A stretch of DNA of 64,000 nucleotides from Paramuribaculum sp. (GCA_045602165.1 JAZSAZ010000008.1:61152-125151); one strand, 5' to 3'; shown: positions 9,544 through 20,064, counted from the stretch's first letter. Numbers and translations: made by a program. Notes: a model not told the origin generated them from the letters alone.

Positions 9544-12500
9544 ATGGTCGTATTCTTTAAGAAAGGTGCTGCTAAAGTAATTGCTGTAGAGACTACTCAC
9601 AAATTTTCTGAAGAGGAAAAAGAGAAGCTCTCATGGCTCTTTGGCGGTGCGACTCCCCTTGTTTCAACATCAGTAAAAGGTCGCTTCATCGGACCGCGTA
9701 AAGAAATGATTACTCCTTGGAGCACAAATGCCGTAGAAATCACCCAAAACATGGGTCTCGAATGCATCACTCGCATTGAAGAATTTGAGCTCACTCGTGA
9801 TGCAGAGCCCCAATTCGACAAAATGCTTCAACGCCTTTACGATGGCCTCAACAGCAAAGTATTCACCACTTCACGCACTCCGGAACCAATCGTATATATC
9901 AATGACATTTCAGAATATAATAAGCTTGAAGGCCTTGCCCTCAGCCCGGAAGAAGAACAATACTTGCGCGATCTTTCGCAGAAACTTGGTCGTCCATTGA
10001 CCGATAGCGAAGTGTTTGGCTTCTCACAAGTTAACTCTGAACACTGTCGTCACAAAATCTTCAACGGCACATTCATAATCGACGGTGAAGAAAAACCGAT
10101 GTCGCTATTCAAACTCATCAAAAAAACATCTCAGGAAAATCCGAATGCATTGGTTTCGGCCTACAAAGACAATGTGGCATTCATCAAAGGCCCGCGTGTA
10201 GAGCAATTCTATCCTGAGAACCCCGATAAGCCCGACATGTTCAATGTCAAAGAGATTGACACCGTTATATCTCTCAAGGCTGAAACCCACAATTTCCCCA
10301 CCACAGTTGAGCCCTTCAATGGCGCAGCAACAGGCACCGGCGGTGAAATCCGCGACCGTCTTGGTGGAGGTAAAGCATCACTCCCCATTGCCGGCACAGC
10401 GGTCTACATGACCTCATATCCCCGCATGTCATCAGAACACACTTGGGAAATGATGTTCAATCCGCGCGTTTGGCTATATCAAACACCATGTGACATCCTC
10501 ATCAAGGCTTCTAATGGTGCTTCTGACTTTGGCAATAAATTCGGACAACCACTCATCTGCGGTTCTGTTCTGACTTTTGAACATGACGAAAATGGCATGA
10601 TGTATGCCTACGACAAGGTTATCATGCTTGCCGGCGGTGTTGGTTTCGCCGCTAAAAAAGATGCAATCAAGGGCAAACCCGTTCCCGGTGAAAAAGTTGT
10701 GGTTATGGGTGGCGACAACTATCGCATCGGCATGGGAGGTGGCGCTGTGTCATCAGTAGCAACAGGTCAATATGACAATGCAATTGAATTAAATGCTGTA
10801 CAGCGTGCTAACCCCGAAATGCAAAAACGCGTTTCTAACGTGATTCGTGCATTGGCTGAAAGCGACAACAACCCCATCGTATCAATCCACGACCACGGCG
10901 CTGGCGGTCACCTCAATGCCCTCTCTGAACTCGTTGAAGAGACCGGCGGCCTAATTGAGCTCGACAAGCTTCCTATTGGCGATGCCACACTTTCAGCCAA
11001 AGAAATTGTGGGCAATGAAAGCCAGGAACGCATGGGCATGGTTCTTAACAAGAAAGATATTGAATACGTTGAACGCATTGCCCTCCGCGAACGCGCTCCA
11101 ATGTATGTAGTAGGCGAAACCACAGGCGACGACCGCTTTGTATTCGCACAAAAAGATGGAGTTAAACCCATCGACCTCGGCATGTCGGATATGTTTGGCA
11201 ACTCACCAAAAACTGTAATGACCGACGAAACCGTTACAAGAACCTATAAGGATCCGGAATACAACGAAAACAATCTTGAAACCTACTTGCGCAATGTATT
11301 GTCGCTTGAGGCTGTTGGCTGTAAAGACTGGCTCACAAACAAAGTTGACCGCTCGGTAACCGGCAAAATCGCTCGTCAGCAATGCCAGGGTGAAATCCAA
11401 TTACCTTTGAGCGACTGCGGTGTTGTTGCTCTTGACTACCGTGGCAAAAAAGGCATTGCCACTTCAATTGGTCATGCTCCCCAGGTTGCCCTCATTGACT
11501 CAGCAAAGGGATCTGTACTTGCAATTGCAGAAGCACTCACTAACATCGTAGGTGCCCCTATCAAAAATGACATCAAAGGCCTTTCTCTCAGTGCCAATTG
11601 GATGTGGCCCTGTAAAAATCCGGGAGAAGATGCAGCGCTTTATCGTGCAGTTGAAGCTTGTAGCAATTTTGCTTGCGCCCTTGGCATCAACATACCAACC
11701 GGCAAGGACTCATTGTCAATGACACAGAAATATGGCAATGACAAAGTTTATTCGCCCGGCACTGTAATCATCTCTGCGGCAGGTGAAGTTACTGATGTTC
11801 GCCGCACATTGACTCCTGTGTTGCAACCCGGTAAATCACGTTTGTACTATATTGACTTCTCCGGTGATGCTCTTCGCCTTGGTGGCTCTGCTTTTGCTCA
11901 GACCTTTGGTTGCATCGGTTCTGAAGCTCCCACCGTGAAAGATCCGGCTAAGTTTGTTGCCACATTCAATGCTGTTCAACGCTTGGTTAAGCGTGGTTCA
12001 ATCATGGCCGGCCACGATATTTCAGCCGGTGGTTTGATTACCACATTGCTCGAAATGGTATTTGCCAACACATCTGGCGGCATCCGCTTGAACACAGAAA
12101 CATTTGTCAATGACGGTGAAACCGATTTGATGAAGATTCTCTTCGCAGAAAATCCCGCTATGGTTATTCAAGTTGCCGAAGGCAAATGCGAATCCACAGA
12201 AAAACTACTATCAGAAGCCGGTGTGAAATTCAGAATGATCGGTACTCCCGATAGCGAACGCGCCATCATGATTGAACATCAAGACACTGACCGCATGGTT
12301 GGTATTGACTTCATGCGCGATGTGTGGTTTGCTCCATCATTCTTGCTCGACACCATTCAGAGCGGTGAAAAGTGTGCAACAATGCGCTTTGAAAACTACA
12401 AGAAACAACCTTTGCGTTTCCGCATACCCTCTGCTTTTGATGGCTCTCTTGCAGCTCGCAATCTTAATGGAGGCCGCCACGAAAAATCTGGTATTCGCGC

Positions 12501-13251
12501 TGCTATTATTCGCGAAAAAGGCGTAAACGGCGACCGCGAAATGGCCTACTCTCTATATTTGGCCGGTTTCGACGTTAAGGACGTACACATGACCGACTTG
12601 ATGAGCGGACGTGAGACACTTGACGATGTTAACATGATTGTGTTCTGCGGTGGTTTCTCTAACTCCGACGTATTAGGTTCAGCAAAAGGGTGGGCCGGCG
12701 GTTTCCGCTATAACGAAAATGCTCGTCAAGCACTTGAACGCTTCTATGCTCGCAAAGACACACTCTCACTCGGTGTCTGCAACGGATGTCAGCTCATGAT
12801 TGAGCTAAACCTCATCAATCCAGAACACCCACGCAAAGCCACCATGGAACATAACATCAGCCACAAATTTGAATCTCAGTTCGTTGGCGTGACAATTCCT
12901 GAAAATAATTCAGTGATGTTTGCTCCAATGGCAGGATTGAAACTCGGCATTTGGGTGGCTCATGGCGAAGGTAAGTTCAATTTGCCAATGGCAATGACCG
13001 ACTATAATGTTGCTCTTCGCTACAATTATGCATCATACCCGGGCAACCCCAATGGTTCTCGCGGTGCTGTTGCCGGTATCTGCTCGGCCGATGGTCGCCA
13101 CCTCGCAATGATGCCCCACTTGGAACGCTCTATATTCCCCTGGCAGTGTGCTCACTACCCACGTTCACGAAGACGTGATGACATAACTCCATGGATTGAT
13201 GGATTTGTCAATGCTCGCAAGTGGATAGAAGAAAATATTTCAAAAAAATAA
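9544..13251 (+). CDS. purL: Phosphoribosylformylglycinamidine synthase, large single-chain form
   Basis: Motifs NSEHCRHKIFN, KAETHNFPT and HDHGAGG; glutaminase motifs GVCNGCQL and MPHLER. Confidence 0.98.
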   Translation: MVVFFKKGAAKVIAVETTHKFSEEEKEKLSWLFGGATPLVSTSVKGRFIGPRKEMITPWSTNAVEITQNMGLECITRIEEFELTRDAEPQFDKMLQRLYDGLNSKVFTTSRTPEPIVYINDISEYNKLEGLALSPEEEQYLRDLSQKLGRPLTDSEVFGFSQVNSEHCRHKIFNGTFIIDGEEKPMSLFKLIKKTSQENPNALVSAYKDNVAFIKGPRVEQFYPENPDKPDMFNVKEIDTVISLKAETHNFPTTVEPFNGAATGTGGEIRDRLGGGKASLPIAGTAVYMTSYPRMSSEHTWEMMFNPRVWLYQTPCDILIKASNGASDFGNKFGQPLICGSVLTFEHDENGMMYAYDKVIMLAGGVGFAAKKDAIKGKPVPGEKVVVMGGDNYRIGMGGGAVSSVATGQYDNAIELNAVQRANPEMQKRVSNVIRALAESDNNPIVSIHDHGAGGHLNALSELVEETGGLIELDKLPIGDATLSAKEIVGNESQERMGMVLNKKDIEYVERIALRERAPMYVVGETTGDDRFVFAQKDGVKPIDLGMSDMFGNSPKTVMTDETVTRTYKDPEYNENNLETYLRNVLSLEAVGCKDWLTNKVDRSVTGKIARQQCQGEIQLPLSDCGVVALDYRGKKGIATSIGHAPQVALIDSAKGSVLAIAEALTNIVGAPIKNDIKGLSLSANWMWPCKNPGEDAALYRAVEACSNFACALGINIPTGKDSLSMTQKYGNDKVYSPGTVIISAAGEVTDVRRTLTPVLQPGKSRLYYIDFSGDALRLGGSAFAQTFGCIGSEAPTVKDPAKFVATFNAVQRLVKRGSIMAGHDISAGGLITTLLEMVFANTSGGIRLNTETFVNDGETDLMKILFAENPAMVIQVAEGKCESTEKLLSEAGVKFRMIGTPDSERAIMIEHQDTDRMVGIDFMRDVWFAPSFLLDTIQSGEKCATMRFENYKKQPLRFRIPSAFDGSLAARNLNGGRHEKSGIRAAIIREKGVNGDREMAYSLYLAGFDVKDVHMTDLMSGRETLDDVNMIVFCGGFSNSDVLGSAKGWAGGFRYNENARQALERFYARKDTLSLGVCNGCQLMIELNLINPEHPRKATMEHNISHKFESQFVGVTIPENNSVMFAPMAGLKLGIWVAHGEGKFNLPMAMTDYNVALRYNYASYPGNPNGSRGAVAGICSADGRHLAMMPHLERSIFPWQCAHYPRSRRRDDITPWIDGFVNARKWIEENISKK

Positions 13252-13263
13252 TATCGCAATTTA

Positions 13264-13329
13264 TGGCGGAAGAGACTCGCACGTACGGATAACACACCTA
13301 CACAAATCTCTTCCGCCAATATTTTTTTA
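13264..13329 (+). terminator. Terminator-like 12-bp hairpin with a 31-nt loop between purL and purF
   Basis: TGGCGGAAGAGA (13264-13275) pairs with TCTCTTCCGCCA (13307-13318), followed by a T-run. Confidence 0.5.
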
Positions 13330-13360
13330 AACAAAAGCAAAATAACATTTAAAGACCACT

Positions 13361-14788
13361 ATGGGAGGTTTTTTCGGCTTAACAGCTAAATCACGATGCG
13401 TTGACCAGTTATTCTACGGAGTAGACTATAATAGCCATATGGGCACTAAACGTGCCGGCATGGCAACTGTGGACAATGGCATATTCACACGTTCAATCCA
13501 CAACATTGAAAACTCCTACTTTCGCACAAAATTTGAAGACGACCTCAAAGACTTTTCCGGCAACAGCGGCATTGGCGTAATCTCCGACACTGATGCTCAG
13601 CCCATTATTGTCAATTGCCACCTTGGCAAATTTGCGATTGTGACGGTCGCACGCATTAATAACATATCCGAGCTCGAAAAAGAGATGCTTGACAAAGGGC
13701 ATCATTTTTGCGAACACAGCTACGACATTATCAACCCCACAGAAATGATTGCCGCACTTATCAGTGAAGGCAAAGATATTGTTAGTGGCATTGAAAATGT
13801 GTATCGCAGCATAAAAGGCTCATGCTCAATGCTCATTCTCGTAGAAGACCGCATAATTGCTGCACGCGATTTCTTGGGCCGAACACCAATTATTATCGGC
13901 AAAAAAGAGGATGCATTTGCAGCCGCATCCGAATCGTGTGCATTTGCTAATCTCGGATTCGAAGATTATTACAATGTAGGCCCTGGTGAGATTGTTGAAA
14001 TCACAGCCGATGGCATGCGCCAACTTCGTGCTCCGGAAGAAAACATGCAAGTATGTTCTTTCCTTTGGGTTTATTACGGATATCCTGTGTGTCAATACGA
14101 AGGTCGGAATGTTGACCGCATGCGCTATGTCCTTGGCCGAGAAATGGGAAAAGAAGACTCCGATGAGGCCGATTTTGTTAGTGCTATACCGGATTCCGGA
14201 ATCGGAATGGCCCTCGGTTATTCACAAGGCAAAGGTGTACCATACCTTAGAGGCATTGTAAAATACACTCCTACATGGCCGCGAAGTTTCACACCAACCA
14301 CTCAGGAACGTCGCGAGCTCGTTGCAAAGATGAAACTAATTCCCAACAAAGCCTTCCTACGCAATCGCAAAGTAATTTTCTGTGATGATTCAATAGTGCG
14401 TGGCACTCAACTTCGCGACAATGTAAAAGAGTTTTTTGATGCAGGAATAGAGGCTGTGCACATGCGCATCAGCTGCCCTCCTCTGATTTACCCATGCGAG
14501 TATCTTAATTTCACTTCCTCTAAAAGTGAACTTGACTTGATTACACGCCGTGTGATTAAAGATTTGGAAGGTGACCACAATGCTAATCTAAAAGCATATG
14601 CCACAACTAATTCTCCGGAATACAATCGCATGGTGGAAGAAATTCGTAAGCGACTTGGATTAACATCGCTAAAATTCAGCTCGCTTGAAAACATTATTGC
14701 TGCCATCGGCCTGCCAAAATGCAAAGTGTGTACCCACTGTTTTGACGGCACAAGCTACTTCAAAACAAGCCCGGATAACGCAATTTAA
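13361..14788 (+). CDS. purF: Amidophosphoribosyltransferase with Gly in place of the N-terminal catalytic Cys
   Basis: ARDFLGRTP and the PRPP-binding motif DDSIVRGT; Fe-S-type cysteines (CSFLWVY, YPCEY, CTHC); N-terminus MGGFFG. Confidence 0.93.
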   Translation: MGGFFGLTAKSRCVDQLFYGVDYNSHMGTKRAGMATVDNGIFTRSIHNIENSYFRTKFEDDLKDFSGNSGIGVISDTDAQPIIVNCHLGKFAIVTVARINNISELEKEMLDKGHHFCEHSYDIINPTEMIAALISEGKDIVSGIENVYRSIKGSCSMLILVEDRIIAARDFLGRTPIIIGKKEDAFAAASESCAFANLGFEDYYNVGPGEIVEITADGMRQLRAPEENMQVCSFLWVYYGYPVCQYEGRNVDRMRYVLGREMGKEDSDEADFVSAIPDSGIGMALGYSQGKGVPYLRGIVKYTPTWPRSFTPTTQERRELVAKMKLIPNKAFLRNRKVIFCDDSIVRGTQLRDNVKEFFDAGIEAVHMRISCPPLIYPCEYLNFTSSKSELDLITRRVIKDLEGDHNANLKAYATTNSPEYNRMVEEIRKRLGLTSLKFSSLENIIAAIGLPKCKVCTHCFDGTSYFKTSPDNAI

Positions 14789-14821
14789 CTTATATGAAAC
14801 ATTGACTTTAAATGTTTTTAG

Positions 14822-14829
14822 TATATTTG
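14822..14829 (+). promoter_or_regulatory. -7 promoter box (TATATTTG) for the etfB-etfA-acd operon
   Basis: Consensus match. Confidence 0.7.
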
Positions 14830-14880
14830 CATGATTGAATTAACAATAATAATTGATTAATAATTAAAACCTATAAAAGT

Positions 14881-15753
14881 ATGAGTCTAAACATCATTGT
14901 GCTCGCTAAGCAAGTGCCCGACACTCGCAATGTGGGCAAAGATGCAATGAAAGAGGACGGCACAATTAACCGTGCAGCCCTCCCGGCCATCTTTAACCCC
15001 GAGGACCTTAATGCACTCGAGCAGGCTCTTTGCCTTAAAGATGCAAATCCCGGATCTACAGTAACTATCCTCACCATGGGCCTCCCCAGAGCTGCCGAAG
15101 TTATCCGTGAAGCTATGTTCCGCGGAGCTGATGGTGGCATTGTGCTTACAGACCGCACCCTCGGTGGAGCCGACACATTAGCAACATCTTATTCTCTTGC
15201 ACAAGCTGTTAAAAAGATTGGCAACTACGATATTATCCTTGGTGGACGTCAGGCTATTGATGGTGACACTGCCCAAGTTGGTCCTCAGATTGCAGAAAAA
15301 CTTGGCATCCCCCAAGTTACATATGCAGAAGAGATTATTGATTTGAAAGAGGGATTCGTAACTGTTAAGCGCCGTCTTGAAAATGGCATTGAAACCGTTA
15401 AAGCTCCCCTTCCTTGCGTGGTGACTGTTAATGGCTCAGCTGCTGAATGTCGTCCTCGCAACGCTATGCGCTTGCAGAAATTCAAATATGCAGCATCTAC
15501 ATCGGAAAAAGCAAATCTCTCAGAAGAGATGCAAGCTCTCATTGAGAAGCGCCCCTACTTGAATATTGCTGAATGGAGCGCAGCTTATGTTGAAGCTGAT
15601 CCCGAACAAATTGGTTTGGTTGGCTCACCCACAAAAGTGAAAGCCATTGAAAATGTTGTGTTTACAGCTAAAGAATCACGTAGCATTGACAACAACGATG
15701 AGCAGATTGAAGAACTCATCAAAGAACTCATTGCCAACCACACTATCGGTTAA
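14881..15753 (+). CDS. etfB: Electron transfer flavoprotein beta subunit
   Basis: Motifs KQVPDT, NPEDLNALE, GADTLATS and GRQAIDGDTAQVGPQ. Confidence 0.96.
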   Translation: MSLNIIVLAKQVPDTRNVGKDAMKEDGTINRAALPAIFNPEDLNALEQALCLKDANPGSTVTILTMGLPRAAEVIREAMFRGADGGIVLTDRTLGGADTLATSYSLAQAVKKIGNYDIILGGRQAIDGDTAQVGPQIAEKLGIPQVTYAEEIIDLKEGFVTVKRRLENGIETVKAPLPCVVTVNGSAAECRPRNAMRLQKFKYAASTSEKANLSEEMQALIEKRPYLNIAEWSAAYVEADPEQIGLVGSPTKVKAIENVVFTAKESRSIDNNDEQIEELIKELIANHTIG

Positions 15754-15786
15754 CAAAACATCAATCTCCACTCATTATAAGAAATT

Positions 15787-16815
15787 ATGACAGACCAGAA
15801 TAACTTAATAGTATATTGCGAGTTTGAGGATGGCAAAATTGCTGATGTCAGCCTTGAACTGCTAACCAAAGGGCGCGAACTTGCTTCAAAGCTCGGCGTT
15901 AAACTGGAAGCCGTGGTGATTGGCGACAATCTTGACGGCATTGAATCTCAGTTGTTCCCATTTGGAACCGACGTTGTTTATAAAGTAGCCGACAAACGTC
16001 TCTACCCCTACACTTCTAATCCACACTCAGCCGTATTGATCAATCTCTTCCGCGAAATCAAACCTCAAGTATGTTTGATGGGTGCTACTTGTATCGGACG
16101 TGACTTAGGTCCTCGCGTTTCATCATGCCTCCATAGCGGGTTGACTGCTGATTGTACTTCACTAGAAATTGGTCCACACAAAGATCCAAAGACAGGCAAA
16201 GAATACGAAAATCTTCTATATCAAATCCGTCCTGCATTCGGTGGCAACATCGTTGCTACAATTATCAACCCCGACTGCCGCCCACAGATGGCAACAGTGC
16301 GTGAAGGTGTAATGAAAAAAGAGGTATTTGATGAAAACTACAAAGGCGAAGTCATCAATCTTGATGCCAGCAAATATGTTAGCGACGAAGATTTTGTGGT
16401 AGAAATCTTGGAACGCCACATTGAAAAATCCAAAGTTAACATCAAGAATTCATCAATCATCGTTGCCGGTGGTTATGGCATGGGGTCTAAGGAAAACTTT
16501 GATCTTCTTTACAAACTTGCCGAAACCCTTGGCGGTGAAGTTGGAGCTTCTCGCGCTGCTGTTGATGCCGGATTCTGCGAACATGAACGCCAAATTGGAC
16601 AGACAGGTGTTACCGTGCGCCCCAAGCTCTACATTGCATGCGGTATCTCAGGTCAGATTCAGCACATTGCAGGTATGCAAGAAAGCTCTATTATCATATC
16701 TATCAATAACGATCCAGAAGCTCCGATTAACACAATTGCCGACTTCGTGATCAACGGCAACGCTGAAGATGTGATTCCTAAACTTATTAAATACTATAAA
16801 AAGAACTCCAAGTAA
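15787..16815 (+). CDS. etfA: Electron transfer flavoprotein alpha subunit
   Basis: Motifs GLTADCT, RPAFGGN, GASRAAVD and QIGQTGVTVRPKLYIACGISGQIQH. Confidence 0.96.
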   Translation: MTDQNNLIVYCEFEDGKIADVSLELLTKGRELASKLGVKLEAVVIGDNLDGIESQLFPFGTDVVYKVADKRLYPYTSNPHSAVLINLFREIKPQVCLMGATCIGRDLGPRVSSCLHSGLTADCTSLEIGPHKDPKTGKEYENLLYQIRPAFGGNIVATIINPDCRPQMATVREGVMKKEVFDENYKGEVINLDASKYVSDEDFVVEILERHIEKSKVNIKNSSIIVAGGYGMGSKENFDLLYKLAETLGGEVGASRAAVDAGFCEHERQIGQTGVTVRPKLYIACGISGQIQHIAGMQESSIIISINNDPEAPINTIADFVINGNAEDVIPKLIKYYKKNSK

Positions 16816-16823
16816 ATACAGCC

Positions 16824-18524
16824 ATGGCTAATTTTTATAATGACAATCCCGATTTGAAGCATCACTTGACTCACCCCTTGATGCAAAAAATCGTTGAACT
16901 AAAAGAACGCAACTTTGCCGATGCCGATAAGTTTGACTATGCTCCTCTTAACTTTGAGGATGCCATGGACTCCTACGATAAGGTTCTTGAAATTGTTGGC
17001 GACATCTGCGGTGGTAAGATTGCGGAAAACGCAGAAAGTGTTGACCATCAGGGACCAAGAGTCGAAAACAATCGCGTAATCTACGCCGACGGCACTAAAG
17101 AGAACCTTGAACTTTGTCGCAAAGCCGGCCTTATGGGCATGTCAATGCCTCGCCGTTTGGGCGGCCTCAACTTCCCCATCGTTCCTTATATGATGGCAGC
17201 TGATATGGTTAGCCGTGCTGACACCGGTTTTGAAAACCTTTGGGGACTTCAAGACTGTGCTGAAACAATCTATGAATTTGCCAGTGAAGACCAAAAACAG
17301 CGTTTCATTCCTCGCGTTTGTCAGGGCGAAACTATGTCAATGGACCTCACAGAACCCGATGCCGGTTCTGACCTTCAGAGCGTTATGCTCAAAGCTACTG
17401 AACAGCCTGATGGCACTTGGCTATTGAATGGTGTGAAACGCTTTATCACCAATGGCGATAGCGATATTCACTTGGTACTTGCCCGTTCAGAAGATGGCAC
17501 TAAAGATGGTCGCGGCTTGTCAATGTTCATCTACGACAAGCGTGACGGTGGTGTAAATGTTCGCCGTATCGAAAACAAAATGGGTATCAAAGGATCGCCC
17601 ACTTGCGAACTCACCTATAAAAATGCTAAAGCAGAACTTTGTGGCTCACGTCGCTTAGGTCTCATCAAATATGTGATGGCTCTTATGAACGGTGCCCGTC
17701 TCGGTATTGCCGCACAGAGTGTTGGTGTTAGCGAACGTGCTTATCGCGAAGCTCTTGACTATGCAAAAGAACGTAAGCAATTCGGCAAAGCAATCATTGA
17801 ATTCCCGGCAGTTTATGAAATGCTCGCTGTGATGAAAGCTAAACTTGATGCCAGCCGCTCATTGCTCTATGAAACATCTCGCTTTGTTGACGTTTACAAA
17901 ATCTACGAAGATATTGCCAAAGAACGCAATTTGACTCCGGAAGAACGTAAAGAGATGAAGGAGTACACCAAATTGGCCGACGCCTGCACTCCCCTTGCAA
18001 AAGGTCTTGGAAGTGAATACTGTAACCAAAATGCTTATGACTGCATCCAGGTTCACGGTGGTTCAGGCTTCATGAAAGATTATGCTTGTGAACGTGTGTA
18101 CCGCGATGCTCGCATCACTTCTATCTATGAAGGTACTACTCAGCTGCAAGTTGTGGCTGCAATTCGCCATGTCACCACCGGCACATATCTCAATATGATT
18201 CGCAACTATGAAGCTATGGAGATTAAAGAATCTCTCCGTCCGTTGCGCGATGTTTTGATTGGCCTTACTGCTCGCTACGAATCTGCAGTTTCAACCGTGT
18301 TGGAAGTTAAAGACTCTACTTACACTGATTTCATGGCTCGCCGCATGGTGGAAATGGCCGGCAACATCATCATGGGCTATCTTCTCATTCTTGATGCTAA
18401 CCGCAACGAGTCATTCACCAAATCAGCTGAAGTTTACAATAAATTAGCACAAGCTGAAGTTAATAAGCATGCCGATTTCATTGCTAATTTCACTCCGTCG
18501 CAACTTGATGCCTACAAAGCTTAA
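16824..18524 (+). CDS. Acyl-CoA dehydrogenase family protein (long Bacteroidales type)
   Basis: Motifs MDLTEPDAGSD, NGVKRFIT, KMGIKGSPT, QVHGGSGF and the catalytic IYEGTTQLQ. Confidence 0.95.
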   Translation: MANFYNDNPDLKHHLTHPLMQKIVELKERNFADADKFDYAPLNFEDAMDSYDKVLEIVGDICGGKIAENAESVDHQGPRVENNRVIYADGTKENLELCRKAGLMGMSMPRRLGGLNFPIVPYMMAADMVSRADTGFENLWGLQDCAETIYEFASEDQKQRFIPRVCQGETMSMDLTEPDAGSDLQSVMLKATEQPDGTWLLNGVKRFITNGDSDIHLVLARSEDGTKDGRGLSMFIYDKRDGGVNVRRIENKMGIKGSPTCELTYKNAKAELCGSRRLGLIKYVMALMNGARLGIAAQSVGVSERAYREALDYAKERKQFGKAIIEFPAVYEMLAVMKAKLDASRSLLYETSRFVDVYKIYEDIAKERNLTPEERKEMKEYTKLADACTPLAKGLGSEYCNQNAYDCIQVHGGSGFMKDYACERVYRDARITSIYEGTTQLQVVAAIRHVTTGTYLNMIRNYEAMEIKESLRPLRDVLIGLTARYESAVSTVLEVKDSTYTDFMARRMVEMAGNIIMGYLLILDANRNESFTKSAEVYNKLAQAEVNKHADFIANFTPSQLDAYKA

Positions 18525-18545
18525 TCCAAACACTAACCTAAATAG

Positions 18546-18579
18546 AAAATGCTGTTCCACACCGGAGCAGCATTTTTTG
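18546..18579 (+). terminator. Intrinsic terminator of etfBA-acd
   Basis: AAAATGCTGTTCC pairs with GGAGCAGCATTTT, followed by a T-run. Confidence 0.8.
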
Positions 18580-18607
18580 TTCCTAACAGACAGTTATTGT
18601 TAAGCAC

Positions 18608-18639
18608 AAAAAAGGCGCCATGCCTAAACATAGCGCCTT
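18608..18639 (-). terminator. Intrinsic terminator of tig
   Basis: AAGGCGC..ATG pairs with CAT..GCGCCTT; the plus-strand A-run gives the U-tract on the minus strand. Confidence 0.65.
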
Positions 18640-18662
18640 CTGCTCTTATTTATAAAAATCTA

Positions 18663-20024
18663 TTAGAGTTTTGAAGCGATTTCTTTGAACTGATCAAGTG
18701 ACACAGATTCTTTCTTCAATGAAATTGCAGCGGCCAAACCATCGAAGAGTTTAACATCGCCAACTTGCTCAATGAGATTGCTGCGATAGTTCTTATCTTC
18801 CATAATGCTCTTAGCATAACGTTCAATTGTCTCTTCATCAACATTGTGCATGCCATACTGAGCAAATTGATTTGCAGCAAGACCTTTAGCAAAGTTCAAG
18901 ATGTCAGCTTCTTCAATCTTGATTTCAAGTTTCTTAGCCACTTGCTCTTTAACCAACTGCCACTTAAGGTCTGTAGAGATATTGCCATAGCGCTCGTCGA
19001 TATTTTCTGCAGTGAGGTCTTCATTGCGAGAAACCAACCAACGTTTCAACAATTCATCGGGCAACTGCATGTTGCCATATTTTTCCATGAAATATTTGCG
19101 AGCTGCGAAACGGAAAATCATCTGAGAATTTCCTGACAATTCTTTTGCAATGAGTTCTTTGATTGCATTGCGATATTCAGTTTCATCGTTCACCTTGTCT
19201 TTGCCGAACACATTAGCATAGAATTCTTCGCCGAGTTCAGCGGGACGAACAACAATGATTTCTGAAATAGTAAATTCAAAATCACCCTGCACTGTAGCAG
19301 CAAGCTCTTTATCAATATTGAGCATTGAGGAGAGTTCAGTTGTATTGCCACCGGCAGCTTTGCTTGGATTGAACACAACTTTATCACCAACTTTGGCTCC
19401 ATTGAATTTTTCGGCTTCTTTTTTGCCAACAAAGTACATAGGAGCAACAATGCCGCCTTCAACTTTGATTGCTTCTTCACCTTCTTTCACAGAACCATCT
19501 TCGTTGAGTTCTACGATTGAACCCTTAACCAAAGCATCGGCTTCAAACTCTTCGCCTGAAACCTGAGCACCAAAGCGTTTGCGGAATGCCTGATCCTGTT
19601 CATCAATCATGCTATCAGAAACTTCAATTTCATAGTAGGGAATCTCAACTGAGTTGTCAACAGTTACATCAAGTTCAGGAGCGATAGCAAGATCATATTC
19701 AAATGTGAACTCTTTGTTGTTCTTCAAATCAAGCTCTTTAACTTCAACAGGAAGCGGAGCACCGAGCACATTGAGTTTATTATCTTCGATATATTTCAAA
19801 ACTGCATCAAACACCACTTGGTTGATTACATCGCTAGTCACCTGACGACCAAAGCGACGCTGAAGATCAGCAATGCTGATATGTCCTTTACGGAAACCGG
19901 GGATTTGATGTGTGCGACCGATGCGTTTGAGCTCTTCGTTCACTTTTGCTTTGTAGTCATTTTCTTCTACATTCACTGCCAAACGCATGCTGACAGCGTC
20001 ATTGTTGTTTGCTGTTATATTCAT
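18663..20024 (-). CDS. tig: Trigger factor
   Basis: Ribosome-binding motif IPGFRKG; 453 aa; Bacteroidales-type sequence. Confidence 0.93.
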   Translation of the reverse strand: MNITANNNDAVSMRLAVNVEENDYKAKVNEELKRIGRTHQIPGFRKGHISIADLQRRFGRQVTSDVINQVVFDAVLKYIEDNKLNVLGAPLPVEVKELDLKNNKEFTFEYDLAIAPELDVTVDNSVEIPYYEIEVSDSMIDEQDQAFRKRFGAQVSGEEFEADALVKGSIVELNEDGSVKEGEEAIKVEGGIVAPMYFVGKKEAEKFNGAKVGDKVVFNPSKAAGGNTTELSSMLNIDKELAATVQGDFEFTISEIIVVRPAELGEEFYANVFGKDKVNDETEYRNAIKELIAKELSGNSQMIFRFAARKYFMEKYGNMQLPDELLKRWLVSRNEDLTAENIDERYGNISTDLKWQLVKEQVAKKLEIKIEEADILNFAKGLAANQFAQYGMHNVDEETIERYAKSIMEDKNYRSNLIEQVGDVKLFDGLAAAISLKKESVSLDQFKEIASKL

Positions 20025-20064
20025 GATTTTAATTTGAATTAGCTTGTATACACTAAATTGAGTG

